A stretch of 64,000 bases of DNA, from positions 3,520,001 to 3,584,000 of the forward strand of contig CAVWLP010000002.1 of assembly GCA_963755915.1 (NCBI GenBank). Direction: 5' to 3'. Below are positions 11,040-21,634 of the stretch, piece after piece. The notes under the pieces are model-generated. The model was not told the DNA's origin. It ran no database searches and was given only the letters and a program-made list of their open reading frames with translations. Position 1 is the first letter of the stretch; every line of letters begins with the position of its first letter. The position numbers were made by a program, and so were the translations under genes. The stretch is from an uncultured Phycisphaerales bacterium (GTDB lineage Bacteria > Planctomycetota > Phycisphaerae > Tepidisphaerales > Tepidisphaeraceae).

Positions 11040-11447
11040 TCACTGACCAATCGCAATTGATGCAGTCGCGGATAATCCATTGCATGTAACGGTCACACTC
11101 CCCACGCCGGGTTCAGTCTTACTTCCGATCTTCCACGTCCACGAAACCCTGCCATCGGAATCGGCTATTTGGCTCACCAGCCCGGCCGCCCGGCTGATCG
11201 TGCCGTGGGGTGTGACGTATCGGATCGCACATTCGGCCCCCGGAATCGTTTGAGCAGTAACGCTCGCGTACCCGTCTGGACTCGCGCCACGCACCGAAAC
11301 GAATGTTACGCCGTTGGTGCTGGGCGATGCAGCGGATAATCGCGCCGGTGGTTGAGTTGTCGGCTGACTGCCCCGCGAAAACGCCGTGATAGTCACAGCA
11401 CCTATGCAGATGCACAGGGCGCTCCACCCGATAGATTTCAATAACAT
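11040..11447 (-). CDS. Small secreted beta-sandwich protein
   Basis: RBS GGAGG before MLLKSIG; signal peptide; 'ADSDGRVSWTWKIG..T.PG...VTVTC'. Confidence 0.6.
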   Translation of the reverse strand: MLLKSIGWSALCICIGAVTITAFSRGSQPTTQPPARLSAASPSTNGVTFVSVRGASPDGYASVTAQTIPGAECAIRYVTPHGTISRAAGLVSQIADSDGRVSWTWKIGSKTEPGVGSVTVTCNGLSATASIAIGQ

Positions 11448-11523
11448 TGTTGACCCTCCCGTGCGGACCCATTGGGCGCTATCGACTATCGGAGGGAACA
11501 GGTTGAGGATTATTTGCCGCGTC

Positions 11524-12597
11524 CTATGCTGGCCGGGCAGTGTTCGATTTAGCCACGGATCGGCGAAGTGACAACGCAAATCCAGCAAAGGCGAGAAGTG
11601 AAAAACTGGCAGGCTCCGGCACGGGGGTTAGTAAAAAAGCGTCGGGCTGGCCGTCAGGATTTATGCCGTTGCCGACAATCTGGCCTTCATCGTTGATCGC
11701 AACGGCGGTGTTAAGTGTCCAGCCGGAATTGGCAGGGACTAGATCGCTAAGATTGTCCGTATCCCCATCGCTATAGATGAAGGGAAATTCTCCGACGCCA
11801 ACAACCTGACCGTTTGAATTGATGCTGTTAGCGATGCTGTTCGATGGATCGGAAGCGTCGATGTCGATCATTTCCCCGTTGCTGTAAAGAAATGCGTGAG
11901 CAACTGTATCACCATTCAGTGCGGCCTGGCCCACGATCTCTCCGGTTGAGTTGATCGCGGTTGCAGCACTCCACGTTCCACCTAATGATCCTAAATATCC
12001 CACGGTCGATGAGTAAGCGTAGCCGTTAACGACTCCAACAATCTCCCCGGCATCGTTGATGGCAGTTGGAGCAAGTGGGCCGAGGTAAATCAATTTGTTG
12101 TTTTCCCAAAGGAATTCGCCACTGTTGCCATAGTCGAAATATTGGAGCCATGCTGAGTAGCCGACAATCGCACCGCTGTCATTGATCCCTGTGGCATAAC
12201 CCCCTGTCCAATCTGGATCGTAATCTGAGACGATACTGCCAAGATCATCGACTGACCCTCCGCCTTCAAACAATGCGGCATGAATGACTGAGACCGTTTC
12301 GGATTCGTAGTAAGGCTCGGCAAACGTCGCCCAACCAACGGCTTCTCCGCTGTTATTGATGGCCAGAGCTTCGCTTCCTGGTCCGCTCAAAGTGGTGAGA
12401 ATCCCACTGTCGTAAAGAACCGCCTCCATCCCCACGTTAGTTTCAGCCCACCCAACAATCTGCCCATTGTTGTTCATGGCTGTCGCGTTGAAATTCCCCA
12501 AGTCGGTAATCGAATATTCCACGCTCGCGGACACTGCACCGGCAAACGCGCAGAGAACAGCGCCCACGGCAACAGACGTAAGCCGAATGATGCCCAT
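11524..12597 (-). CDS. PEP-CTERM protein with HAF extracellular repeats
   Basis: Repeated 'A.AIN..G.IVG' units, 'HAFLYSNG', C-terminal VPEPA + TM + RR. Confidence 0.9.
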   Translation of the reverse strand: MGIIRLTSVAVGAVLCAFAGAVSASVEYSITDLGNFNATAMNNNGQIVGWAETNVGMEAVLYDSGILTTLSGPGSEALAINNSGEAVGWATFAEPYYESETVSVIHAALFEGGGSVDDLGSIVSDYDPDWTGGYATGINDSGAIVGYSAWLQYFDYGNSGEFLWENNKLIYLGPLAPTAINDAGEIVGVVNGYAYSSTVGYLGSLGGTWSAATAINSTGEIVGQAALNGDTVAHAFLYSNGEMIDIDASDPSNSIANSINSNGQVVGVGEFPFIYSDGDTDNLSDLVPANSGWTLNTAVAINDEGQIVGNGINPDGQPDAFLLTPVPEPASFSLLAFAGFALSLRRSVAKSNTARPA

Positions 12598-12914
12598 GTG
12601 AACCCCTACTGGCGAGAGGATGGGGGAATTATCGGACATCCGATCAAAATCCTGCACTCTTTCGCTTACGGGATTGGAAATGACGGCTGGATCGTGGGAA
12701 TGAGGGTGGGCGGGATTAGCGGGGTGTGCGTATGACCATCGGGACTTGATGCGGCGGCGACAGCAGACCTTTGACGACCATCAACGGCCGTTGCCTTGAC
12801 AATCCCCCCAGCCCTTACAGATTGACCCCGCAATCTGCTGATTCCGCAGCAATGATGCTTTGTACCACCTGACACAACATCAATCGTGGTGAATATTTTC
12901 TGTAGTGATCGTGT

Positions 12915-13808
12915 TTGTGGACGTGGATCGTTCCGCCATTGCCGGAGTTTCGGGATATGCAGACAGTGCAAAAGTCAGGATTTTGTCAGCAAAGTAGGTT
13001 TGCCGTTCGCGTGGATCATCTGCTAGGGCAATACCAGCACGGTCACTCATTTGCCGGTGCGATGGTGGCGGATTGGATTGGCCGGAAAACGGAATGGGAG
13101 ATCGCCGAAGTGCAATTTATGCGGGACACAGACATTTCGACCCCGGATGCTCGTGAGTATTGGGAGTCAAAACTATCGCGTGTACAACGGGGCGACGAGT
13201 ATAGCCGTTCATTTCGGATCGTGGATGACTTGGATTATGCCGTTTACGCCCTGGCACTGCGGGATTCCGTTCCCGGTTTTGAAAAAGTCTACGGCAACGA
13301 TCCACACAGATTCTACGGCGACGAGCTTATTCAGAATGGATACCGCTACGCTGGGTCCGCCGTGACCCTATCCGATGGAAGCATCCAGCCCGGCATCTAT
13401 GGGTTCATCCATCGCCCCCAAATTTGGGACGAATCCCTTGCAGCTTTGAAACGCCAGTTGGAATCTCTCGTAACGCATTCGCGTCGGCAGCAAGCCGAAC
13501 CCGCTCGCCAACGAAAGCGGTCAAGTATCCGGGGCGTGAGTAGCACAGTTCTTGTGGCCAAAATAGCGGACCTACGGAGAGAGAAGCCGGACATTACCAC
13601 GCCGCAAATCGCGGAAGAATTAGACTGTGACAAGAGCGCGTTGTACCGTCGTGCGGAGGAAAATACGACCCTCGACAAAATTCTCAACTCCACCGCAACT
13701 GCAACCAGCCAATCCATTTCGACGGTGGAGGATCGTGGCGGAGCACACAGCAAAAAAGACCGCATCAACTCCGATCATTCCCGCCGTGATACTGACGACG
13801 ATGAATAA
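12915..13808 (+). CDS. Hypothetical protein with C-terminal HTH (island regulator candidate); start uncertain
   Basis: 'ITTPQIAEELDCDKSALYRR' HTH-like segment. Confidence 0.55.
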   Translation: MWTWIVPPLPEFRDMQTVQKSGFCQQSRFAVRVDHLLGQYQHGHSFAGAMVADWIGRKTEWEIAEVQFMRDTDISTPDAREYWESKLSRVQRGDEYSRSFRIVDDLDYAVYALALRDSVPGFEKVYGNDPHRFYGDELIQNGYRYAGSAVTLSDGSIQPGIYGFIHRPQIWDESLAALKRQLESLVTHSRRQQAEPARQRKRSSIRGVSSTVLVAKIADLRREKPDITTPQIAEELDCDKSALYRRAEENTTLDKILNSTATATSQSISTVEDRGGAHSKKDRINSDHSRRDTDDDE

Positions 13809-13812
13809 GGCA

Positions 13813-13899
13813 TAGCAACTGCCTTAGCAACTGGATAGCAACTACTCCCACCTGAAAACACCGGGGAATCCATCATTTTAGCAACTCTGGCCAGCAACT
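13813..13899 (+). repeat. Five (T/C)AGCAACT direct repeats (operator- or iteron-like)
   Basis: Copies at 13813, 13825, 13836, 13879 and 13892. Confidence 0.75.
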
Positions 13900-13967
13900 C
13901 CGGCCCAAGGGTACAGCAGCCGCGGCGTTGTCGGCCAGAATCAGCGTTCAATGGTTTTTACCGGAGA

Positions 13968-14177
13968 TTGTCCATGCCTCTTACCGTATCTGACGTGGCC
14001 AAACGATTAGGCGTCCGGCCACAGGATATTTCAAGTTTGTTTTACAGGCAAAAGTTGCGGGATGATGAATGCCCCGTTGTCGCCGGGCGTCGATTGATCC
14101 CTGAGCATTACATTGACTTCATCGCAATGGCCTTGCGCCGGGAAGGCAAGTTGCTGCTGAAAGGGGAACAACGATGA
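13968..14177 (+). CDS. Small MerR/excisionase-like HTH protein
   Basis: 'LTVSDVAKRLGVRPQDISSLFY...CPVVAGRRLI'; paralog of 37961-38170. Confidence 0.7.
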   Translation: MSMPLTVSDVAKRLGVRPQDISSLFYRQKLRDDECPVVAGRRLIPEHYIDFIAMALRREGKLLLKGEQR

Positions 14178-14380
14178 ACGATTCAAACCTGAGTGTGCCC
14201 ACTCTTGTCAGTCCGAAAACAACCGCCGCAATTTTGGACATTTCGATTCGTTCCCTTTGGAGAATCGTCTCGACGGGGGAGTTGAAGCCCGTGCGGTTGA
14301 CGGGACGCATCGTGAGGTTCAAAGCAATGGATATCCAATCTTTTATTGATGCGAAAGCTGGTATCACCCATGCTTCCTGA
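14174..14380 (+). CDS. AlpA/excisionase-like HTH protein
   Basis: 'LVSPKTTAAILDISIRSLWRIVSTGELKPVRL..RIVRF'. Confidence 0.8.
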   Translation: MNDSNLSVPTLVSPKTTAAILDISIRSLWRIVSTGELKPVRLTGRIVRFKAMDIQSFIDAKAGITHAS

Positions 14381-16403
14381 ACAACTATCGCCAGAGCGGA
14401 TGCGAGAATTGAGCATAAAGTTTAAGAAGCATTTCACTCCGCCGGTCCCAACTGCGCGACGATTTAATCTTGAGAATCTGCGCAACAACGTCCCTGCCTA
14501 CATGCAGGACTTGTGCATTTGGGTGGCGTGGAAGTTTGGGCCACCCGAACGCAACGGGAAAAAACGAGCAAAGATTCCGTACACCATCAACGGCGATCTT
14601 GCCAGCAGCACCGATCCTGAGACTTGGAGCAGACAGGCCGATGTATTAAATGCGTTGGCGGGTGGTCGCTATGACGGGGTAAACTTTGCGACCGGCTTGC
14701 ATGAGGATGGATACTACTATTTGTCCATCGACATTGATGATGCTTTCGATGTTAACAGCAATCTCACACCGGATGCGAAGAAGATCATAGAATTGGCGCG
14801 CTCTTATGCCGAGCGTTCTCCCAGCGGCAAAGGTGTTCGGATCATCCTTCGCAGTCGGACCCCGTGCATACTCACTCGCCATCGCATCGCGGGTTGGAAC
14901 GTGGAAGTGGAATGGGGCGGAAAATTCCAAAGCGTAACCGGCAACCACATTGGCGGCACGCCGGATGAGTTGTCCGATGGCCAGGATGCCATTGCCTACA
15001 TCCAACGGCGTTTCGCTGAATTGGCAAACCCGAATGATGTCTGTGTGGGCGAGCCGGGCCAGTCACGTTTCTCTGACGATAATTTGATCCGCCGTGCGAG
15101 CCGAGCCAAGAACGGAAAACGGTTCGATGATCTTATGTCCGCCAAACCGTTCACGAACGAATCGGAAGCAGATTTTGAGTTGGCCTGCATCGTTTCCTTT
15201 TGGAGTAATAGGGATCACAACCAAATTGAGCGGATAATTTCCAACTGCCCTCGTGGCCAGCGTGCTAAGTGGAAGAATCGCCCCGATTATCGACGCAGCA
15301 CGATTGAGGCTGCAATACGTGCCACGGCCAATACATTCGGTTCGGGTGAAACGTCAAAGGAAAAGCATCCGGTTTCTCAGCCGATCATTGTTTGTTTGTG
15401 CGACGTGGAAGCCCGGCCCGTGAATTGGCTTTGGCCGAACCGAATCCCCTTCGGCAAAATCACACTGCTTGCTGGATACCCAGGCTACGGAAAAAGTTTT
15501 GCCACACTGGATATGGCGATGCGAGTTTCTACCGGCACGGCTTGGCCCGATGGCCCGGCTTGCCCAATTGGTGACGTGCTGATTATCAGCGCCGAAGATG
15601 ATCCGGCAGATACCTTGCGGCCCCGGCTCGATGGGATGGGTGCGGATGTAACCCGCATCCAAATCCTCTCAATGGTTCAAAATCCGAACGATGCCGGAGA
15701 GCGGATGTTTTCATTGTTGGACCTACTAGCCCTTGAATCGGCGATTCAACAAATACCCGCGTGTAAGCTCATCATCATTGATCCAATCGGGTCATTCGTC
15801 GGCGGAGAAACCAATACCGACAAAGACAATCAAGTGAGATCGGTGCTGGCCCCGGTCGCAAAGCTGGCCGAACAGTACGGCGTTGCGGTTTTGATTGTGG
15901 CTCATCGTCGTAAGGCATCCGGCGAACGGGCCGACGATTCGATTCTCGGATCGGTCGGCTTCGTCGGCATTGCCCGCGCCACAATGCACCTTGTCCGCGA
16001 CCGTGACGACAAAGAACGGAGGTTGCTATTGCCCGGCAAAAATAACCTCGCACCAGAAGGCACGGGATTGGCTTTCAAGATCATTGGCAGGCCGGGAATC
16101 GTGCAGTGGGAACCGGAACCCGTCACTGTGCGAGCGGATGATTTCTTCTCCGCCCAACAGGACAGCAAGCCCGGCCCCGATCCCACGGCCCGCAATGAAG
16201 CCGGGCAATGGCTGGTGAGTCTTTTGGCTGACGGAAAGGAAGTTGCGGTGAAGGACATCAAAGCCGGGGCGACGGCGATGGGGCACGCATGGGCAACGGT
16301 CAAGCGAGCGGCTGATGGTTTGCCCATAGTCAAGCGTTGGGGTGGTCCGGGGGAGCCGGGTTACTGGCGGATTCCAACGCCGGGTGCTTCCGATGCAGTC
16401 TGA
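14370..16403 (+). CDS. Primase-polymerase (NrS-1-like AEP) fused to AAA_25/RepA-type helicase
   Basis: 'WVAWK..KIPY..ASSTDPETW', 'DIDD', 'YAERSPSGKGVRI'; Walker A GYPGYGKS, AEDD, IIIDP. Confidence 0.85.
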   Translation: MLPEQLSPERMRELSIKFKKHFTPPVPTARRFNLENLRNNVPAYMQDLCIWVAWKFGPPERNGKKRAKIPYTINGDLASSTDPETWSRQADVLNALAGGRYDGVNFATGLHEDGYYYLSIDIDDAFDVNSNLTPDAKKIIELARSYAERSPSGKGVRIILRSRTPCILTRHRIAGWNVEVEWGGKFQSVTGNHIGGTPDELSDGQDAIAYIQRRFAELANPNDVCVGEPGQSRFSDDNLIRRASRAKNGKRFDDLMSAKPFTNESEADFELACIVSFWSNRDHNQIERIISNCPRGQRAKWKNRPDYRRSTIEAAIRATANTFGSGETSKEKHPVSQPIIVCLCDVEARPVNWLWPNRIPFGKITLLAGYPGYGKSFATLDMAMRVSTGTAWPDGPACPIGDVLIISAEDDPADTLRPRLDGMGADVTRIQILSMVQNPNDAGERMFSLLDLLALESAIQQIPACKLIIIDPIGSFVGGETNTDKDNQVRSVLAPVAKLAEQYGVAVLIVAHRRKASGERADDSILGSVGFVGIARATMHLVRDRDDKERRLLLPGKNNLAPEGTGLAFKIIGRPGIVQWEPEPVTVRADDFFSAQQDSKPGPDPTARNEAGQWLVSLLADGKEVAVKDIKAGATAMGHAWATVKRAADGLPIVKRWGGPGEPGYWRIPTPGASDAV

Positions 16404-16643
16404 GAGTGTGATATTGAGCCAAGGGAGATTGAGCTATGGGAAATTTCGCTAAAATCAGGGGTGTACCCTCATTATTTCGCAAATAGCGCTTAGCTCAAAG
16501 TCGCTTGGCTCACATTCGCTCTCACGGTGCTGTCCTAAGCAACGCCCGTCCGAGCAGTGAAGATTGGAGGCCGAATGTCGCAATAAGCTGTATTTAATAT
16601 GGTCATCATATACGTTACAGATAAACCTTTTTGATCGCATCAA

Positions 16644-17078
16644 TTGAGGAGTTTAACCATGAGTGAGTATCTTTCCCGAAAGCAATTCGGACCCGTGCTT
16701 GTGACCATCGACAGTATGTCCCTAACCGGCGTGAATCTCCGATTTGAGTCCGTAGAAGGCGAAGTCCGCGTCACCGACAATTCTAAGGAAAGCGTCGCCC
16801 TGTGCTCGGACGTTGGTGTGTTTTCTTCGGCAGAAATGTTCCGCTGGCTTGGTGATGAAATCATGCGACTTCAAACAATCAAAAACACTGTTGACGCTGT
16901 GGAGGCCGATATGCGGCCCCGCGTCCAGCGGATGATTGATGATGCGTTCGCAGCCAAGGCATATTCATTGCGGGATATGGACCACATGAGTTTTCAGGTT
17001 GGATATCAGGAAAACAAAGATCGTGATCGGGCAGAGCGCCAGTCAAACGGCGATACAGAGAATGGCGGTGCTGCATGA
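16644..17078 (+). CDS. Hypothetical protein (likely start 16659)
   Basis: RBS GAGGAG before MSEYL; its stop overlaps the next start. Confidence 0.5.
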   Translation: MRSLTMSEYLSRKQFGPVLVTIDSMSLTGVNLRFESVEGEVRVTDNSKESVALCSDVGVFSSAEMFRWLGDEIMRLQTIKNTVDAVEADMRPRVQRMIDDAFAAKAYSLRDMDHMSFQVGYQENKDRDRAERQSNGDTENGGAA

Positions 17079-17356
17079 GCGGATACCCCGATGAAGCCAG
17101 ACTCCCTAATGTCATTCGCGCGAGTCGTCTTCATTTGATCTTGGCCGAATGGATCGGGCTGAAAATTAGTCGGCAGCGCGTGAATCAATGGATTCATCAG
17201 GGTGTGCGCGGTTATGTGTTGGCTGCTGAGAAACGCCCCGATCCCGCCCGGCCCTCAGCCGAAATTCTTGTTGTGCGCCGGGAAGACTTGTGTCAATTCC
17301 TGCGCGATGCGTTGGGTATCTCGATTGTGCGCACTCAGATAATCCAAAAAGCATGA
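17075..17356 (+). CDS. Small DNA-binding/excisionase-like protein
   Basis: 'ISRQRVNQWIHQGVRG..L' HTH-like segment, immediately upstream of the integrase. Confidence 0.5.
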   Translation: MSGYPDEARLPNVIRASRLHLILAEWIGLKISRQRVNQWIHQGVRGYVLAAEKRPDPARPSAEILVVRREDLCQFLRDALGISIVRTQIIQKA

Positions 17357-17399
17357 TGCGGATTTTCATGTTATATTGATCGCAACGGGAGTAAATGCA

Positions 17400-18821
17400 A
17401 TGGCAAGTGTATTCAAACGTGGTGGGAAAGCTAACCGGCTTGGCCACTACACTGCATCGTGGTTCGATGAACATGGCAAGCGCGTGAGCCGATCCACAGG
17501 TACAGCAGACTTTGACGTGGCAAATCAAATCGCGGCCAAGTGGGAAACAGACACGGCCCTTCGCAAATCTGGCATCATCAATTCATCGCAAGCCCGTGTT
17601 GCCGATCATAATCAGACACCAATTGCTCAGCACGTTGCCGAATACATCGCCCACTGCAAGCATTTGGGACAGGACCATGTACACGTTTCCAACAAAGAGA
17701 CACAGTTGGACAAGTTGATTGAGAAAACGGGCGCTTCGCGGCTATCAGATATTGATCCGCACAAGGTTGAACGATACTTGGCGGGGCTGATTAAAGCTGG
17801 CAAGTCGCATCGAACGCACAATCAGCACCGTGCAACCGCTGTTTCGTTTTGCGAATGGCTTGTTGAGCAAACCCGCATTGCATCGAATCCGTTGACGATT
17901 GTTCCAACGCTCAATGAGGCGAAGGATCGGCGACGTGTTCGCCGGGCGATGAGCGAAAATGAACTATCGAAATTGCTGGCCGTATCGGATGGACGCAAGC
18001 CTTATTATGAATTTGCCTACTACACGGGCTTGCGAGTGAAGGCGGTTAAGGCGGCTGTCTGGGGCGACGTGGATTTTGACGCGGCAATGATCCGCGTGAA
18101 AGTCGGCAATGCCAAAGGCAAAAAGGACGATATCTACTTGCCGCTGCATCCGGCCCTGGCGGCTACGCTTCAAGCCATCAAACCCGCCTTCACCCTGGCA
18201 ACCACGCGAATCTTCAAGGCCGTGCCGACTGTCCGCACGTTCCACCGTGATTGCGAGCGGGCTGGCATCGCCCGGTACGACGCGGAAGGGCGGCAGTTGG
18301 ATCGCCACGCGCTGCGGACTACCCTTGGCACTCACCTTGCCCGTGCTGGTGTATTGCCTCAATCGGCGATGCGAGTGCTGGGGCATTCGGACGTGCGTAT
18401 CACGATGAAGCATTACACGGCGTTGAGGATTGAGGATACGGCCAAGGCGGTTCAAGCACTGCCGACTATTGAGCCGAGCAAGGCGGTTGCCAGCAACGTG
18501 GAAGCGATGAAGGCCACGGGTACGGATGGCAAGTCATCAGAAAAACCATCGCCCTCGAAAGTAGCAGGTGCTGGACGACAGCAGAATCGACAGCAGTTGT
18601 GCGGCTCCATGACGCATGACCCGGCATTGCCTGTCGCTAATGGCGACAAAGAAAATCCCGATGGTATGAAAATGCCGGCGCTCCATTTCGCTCGGAAAAA
18701 CAAGGGTTTTGACACTGCCGAGCATTGCGTGTCACTACCTGACTTGAACCAAACGAGCGAAAGCGATAGCATCGAAAAAGTACGGGCGATTGGCGCAGTT
18801 GTCCAACTGACCATTTCATAA
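17400..18821 (+). CDS. Tyrosine recombinase/integrase (island 1)
   Basis: TGLR, HALR, LGHSD and HY catalytic motifs; N-terminal arm-binding region; reads through the att site. Confidence 0.95.
   Translation: MASVFKRGGKANRLGHYTASWFDEHGKRVSRSTGTADFDVANQIAAKWETDTALRKSGIINSSQARVADHNQTPIAQHVAEYIAHCKHLGQDHVHVSNKETQLDKLIEKTGASRLSDIDPHKVERYLAGLIKAGKSHRTHNQHRATAVSFCEWLVEQTRIASNPLTIVPTLNEAKDRRRVRRAMSENELSKLLAVSDGRKPYYEFAYYTGLRVKAVKAAVWGDVDFDAAMIRVKVGNAKGKKDDIYLPLHPALAATLQAIKPAFTLATTRIFKAVPTVRTFHRDCERAGIARYDAEGRQLDRHALRTTLGTHLARAGVLPQSAMRVLGHSDVRITMKHYTALRIEDTAKAVQALPTIEPSKAVASNVEAMKATGTDGKSSEKPSPSKVAGAGRQQNRQQLCGSMTHDPALPVANGDKENPDGMKMPALHFARKNKGFDTAEHCVSLPDLNQTSESDSIEKVRAIGAVVQLTIS
18784..18801 (+). 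repeat. att junction between islands 1 and 2 (18-bp tRNA-Val 5' copy)
   Basis: GGGCGATTGGCGCAGTTG is identical to the starts at 9165 and 46764. Confidence 0.9.
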
Positions 18822-19404
18822 CCACGATTTATATAGAGAGTTACAGGGGGGCGCTCTGACCGTGTGCCTTTAGTGTGCCAAAATCTGCACGGGATGGATT
18901 GTCGGCACACTCAGTCGCGTAATCTTTGCACAGACATTGTAGGCAGGAAATCGCCCATGGATGGAGCGCAGGTGCGGTTACTTCGCGTGGGCTGAATCGT
19001 GGGCACCAAAGGGCAGGAATGGGGTATGCCGGGCATCGTACTGGCGGGCGATCCGGCGCTCGTCTGCCGTTACAGGCAGTGGTTCAAATTGCGGCTTACG
19101 TCCGCCGAAGCGCCGCTTCAATTCTCGCTCGCTACGATTTGCTTCCCGCGTGTACCTAGATTTGAGCCGGGCATAGTAGCGATACGCTGGTGTGCCGGGA
19201 ATAAGAGCACGACGCATATACCGTTCAGTCTGTGTGACAGCGTTGTATTCGATGCCCATTACGGACATTTCAACGGACCCGGCCAATAGCTTGTATTGGC
19301 GGATCGTCGATACCAAATCTCCGTAGTCGCTCATGTTCAGTCCCCCATTTGTTCCACGACATTGCGGCACTCGCACCGAATGACCGATGCGAGAGCCGGA
19401 AAGT

Positions 19405-20277
19405 CTAGGCATCCGCTGCAATGCTTTGGCCGCGAATCAGGTCCGATGCCCGCTGGGCAGCACCAGCCGCGACGATAACCAATCGTTTGTCGCTGCGGAT
19501 CGTCTTTAACCATCCCGCAATGTAACTCGCCTGATTGTCGATGACCGATGGGTTAATACCCGCGTGGCCACACAGGAAAGCGGACGCCATTTCGGCAACC
19601 AATTCCTCGCGGCCGTAGTCGGATGAGCCAAAGGGTTTGGGTGCAGTATCTAGCTTGCGATCCAGCCGCTTACTATGGCCAGTGCTATGAGCCAATTCGT
19701 GAAACAGGACCGAATAATATTCCTCACCGGACGTGTAGCGCGTAGGTTCGGGCACGCGAACTAAATCGACAGCCGGGCGATAGAATGCCTGATTACCCCC
19801 ATGCTCGATTGTGGGCGGATCGGCGTAGGTTTTGACGATTGCTTCCGCCGCTTCCAACGGTTTGAAGTCAATGGGCTGGAATAACTTTGCATCGGGCGGA
19901 TTGATCCCCTCGCATTGTGCCACGTTGAATACGTTGAAGTATCGCAAGACGGGGATTGTTTTCGGCTTGCCGGTTTTCTCATCCGTGATTGCGTGTTGCT
20001 TCCAGAATACAACCATTGTCGATTTCTCACCCTTGCGAACCGATCCGCCGCGATTCTTAGCCTGATTGAATGTGAGCCAATACGACGATTCATAGCCGTG
20101 AGCGAATGCTTTGACGGCCAGTAGGAACACGTTGACGCCGCGATAGGCTTTGCCGCTTTCCAGATTCATTGGGTGTCCGGCAGTGCCCCGCCCCAGAATC
20201 GGATTGCGCCAAGGGACAACGCCATTATCCAGCATCCGGACAATTTGATCGGTGATTTCCTGATAAAGATCGAACAT
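19405..20277 (-). CDS. ardC: ArdC-family ssDNA-binding antirestriction protein
   Basis: 'LYQEITDQIV..L..GVVPW', 'YRGVN', 'WLTFNQA...GGSVRKGEK', 'HELAHSTGH', 'YGREELVAEM', 'ASYIAGWL'. Confidence 0.9.
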   Translation of the reverse strand: MFDLYQEITDQIVRMLDNGVVPWRNPILGRGTAGHPMNLESGKAYRGVNVFLLAVKAFAHGYESSYWLTFNQAKNRGGSVRKGEKSTMVVFWKQHAITDEKTGKPKTIPVLRYFNVFNVAQCEGINPPDAKLFQPIDFKPLEAAEAIVKTYADPPTIEHGGNQAFYRPAVDLVRVPEPTRYTSGEEYYSVLFHELAHSTGHSKRLDRKLDTAPKPFGSSDYGREELVAEMASAFLCGHAGINPSVIDNQASYIAGWLKTIRSDKRLVIVAAGAAQRASDLIRGQSIAADA

Positions 20278-20966
20278 TGCATTTCCTCCAGTTAGGACAA
20301 CTTGACTCCAATTTGTTCCTGTACCCATTCGACAATGCACGAATCACAGGCTTGGACGTGACAACCACCGATGGTGCTTCCCGCCGTAATCTGGTCGCAT
20401 ATTCGGCAGTGTGTTGAATCGTGCTGATTGACGATCCGCATTTGTTCCGCGAATTCAGTGTTTTGCCTCGCGATCAATTCCGCCTCGATTGCGGCTGCGT
20501 CGGCTAGAAATCCCGCGTGTGCTGTTTCGTGTTGCATTTGACCCTCCGTTGTTTGTGGTAATTGCAAGACAGATATGCAACACAATTCGTCCGTAGTCAA
20601 ACATGTATTGCGATTATTTAGTTAACAATCATTCGTGCGCGGTGTGTCAGCGGGGCGATTGTTTGGGTGGGGTCCAACCTTGCCCATGACCATGCCGGGT
20701 GGGGCTGGAATCCGATAGTCGAAAAACGGATACGCAAATTCCAAAAATGACTTTCAGTCGGACATTCGGCAGACACAAACGTAGCCTACTCATCCCGGTA
20801 GGCATCGAATCCATTTTTAGACCCCCACCCCGTCGGAATCTGACTCGCAAAATAAATATGCGAAATTTTGGGGCTGTTATCTCACATTGCCGTCAGACGT
20901 GACATTCAATTCACGCAAGCTCGATTACGGGAGATTGAGGATTTGCTGAAGTTGATTGACTGAGGC

Positions 20967-21470
20967 GTGGTAGGATACGGAGCCATTAAACGCCACCACC
21001 CAATGTTGATGTTGCTTATGTCATTTGCGATGGCATTCATCTTCGCAATCGCATGGGTCATCGTCATGACGTTGACATTGCCCGCGACGGATGAAATGCA
21101 TGGACAGATGCCCTTTGCAGACCCGCTTGTCTTTCCGATCATGTCAATTGGGGCATCAATAAGCGCTGTTCTCACCTTTCCATTCTTTTACTTTTCCCTG
21201 CGCGACCGTCCGCTAAATACATCCGTTTGGATAGTCGTTGGGACTGTGCTGGGAGAAATCGTAATCGTTGTTCCAGTAAACGCGGCAATGGGGCTTCTAG
21301 GATCATTTTTGGCGTTCGGCATCGGAATATATCTAGCCAGGAAATTCACCAAATCCATGATATCCGCAGGCCATTGCGTTAAATGTGGCTACGACCTCCG
21401 GGCCACGCCCGACCGTTGCCCGGAATGCGGGACAATCCCGCCGCCGAAAAAAGAAATCACCGCAACATGA
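20967..21470 (+). CDS. Cassette 1: membrane protein with C-terminal Zn ribbon ([19 protein letters not shown])
   Basis: About 4 TM segments, then [33 protein letters not shown]. Confidence 0.8.
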   Translation: MVGYGAIKRHHPMLMLLMSFAMAFIFAIAWVIVMTLTLPATDEMHGQMPFADPLVFPIMSIGASISAVLTFPFFYFSLRDRPLNTSVWIVVGTVLGEIVIVVPVNAAMGLLGSFLAFGIGIYLARKFTKSMISAGHCVKCGYDLRATPDRCPECGTIPPPKKEITAT

Positions 21471-21596
21471 AGTATTCCCACAACGTCGCGTTGCGTTTCA
21501 CGCACCTCAACTATCGCCGGATTCACCAGACGCTTCGCGTCACGCCAGCCATGCAAGCCGGGCTGGCCGATCATGTTTGGGAGCTTGAGGAATTGG
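21384..21596 (+). repeat. 213-bp cassette repeat, copy 1 (Zn-ribbon 3' end + IS1 transposase 3' fragment)
   Basis: Near-identical to 22092-22304 and 22750-22962. Confidence 0.95.
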
Positions 21597-21634
21597 TGAA
21601 TCTGATCGGCTAAAGTGCGTTATGATTACAGGCA

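Larger units (their letters stand above)
9165..18801. mobile_element. Integrative island 1 (satellite/PICI- or IME-like: integrase, HTH/AlpA, primase-helicase)
   Basis: Bounded by tRNA-Val 5' direct repeats at 9165 and 18784; tyrosine integrase at the right end. Confidence 0.85.
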
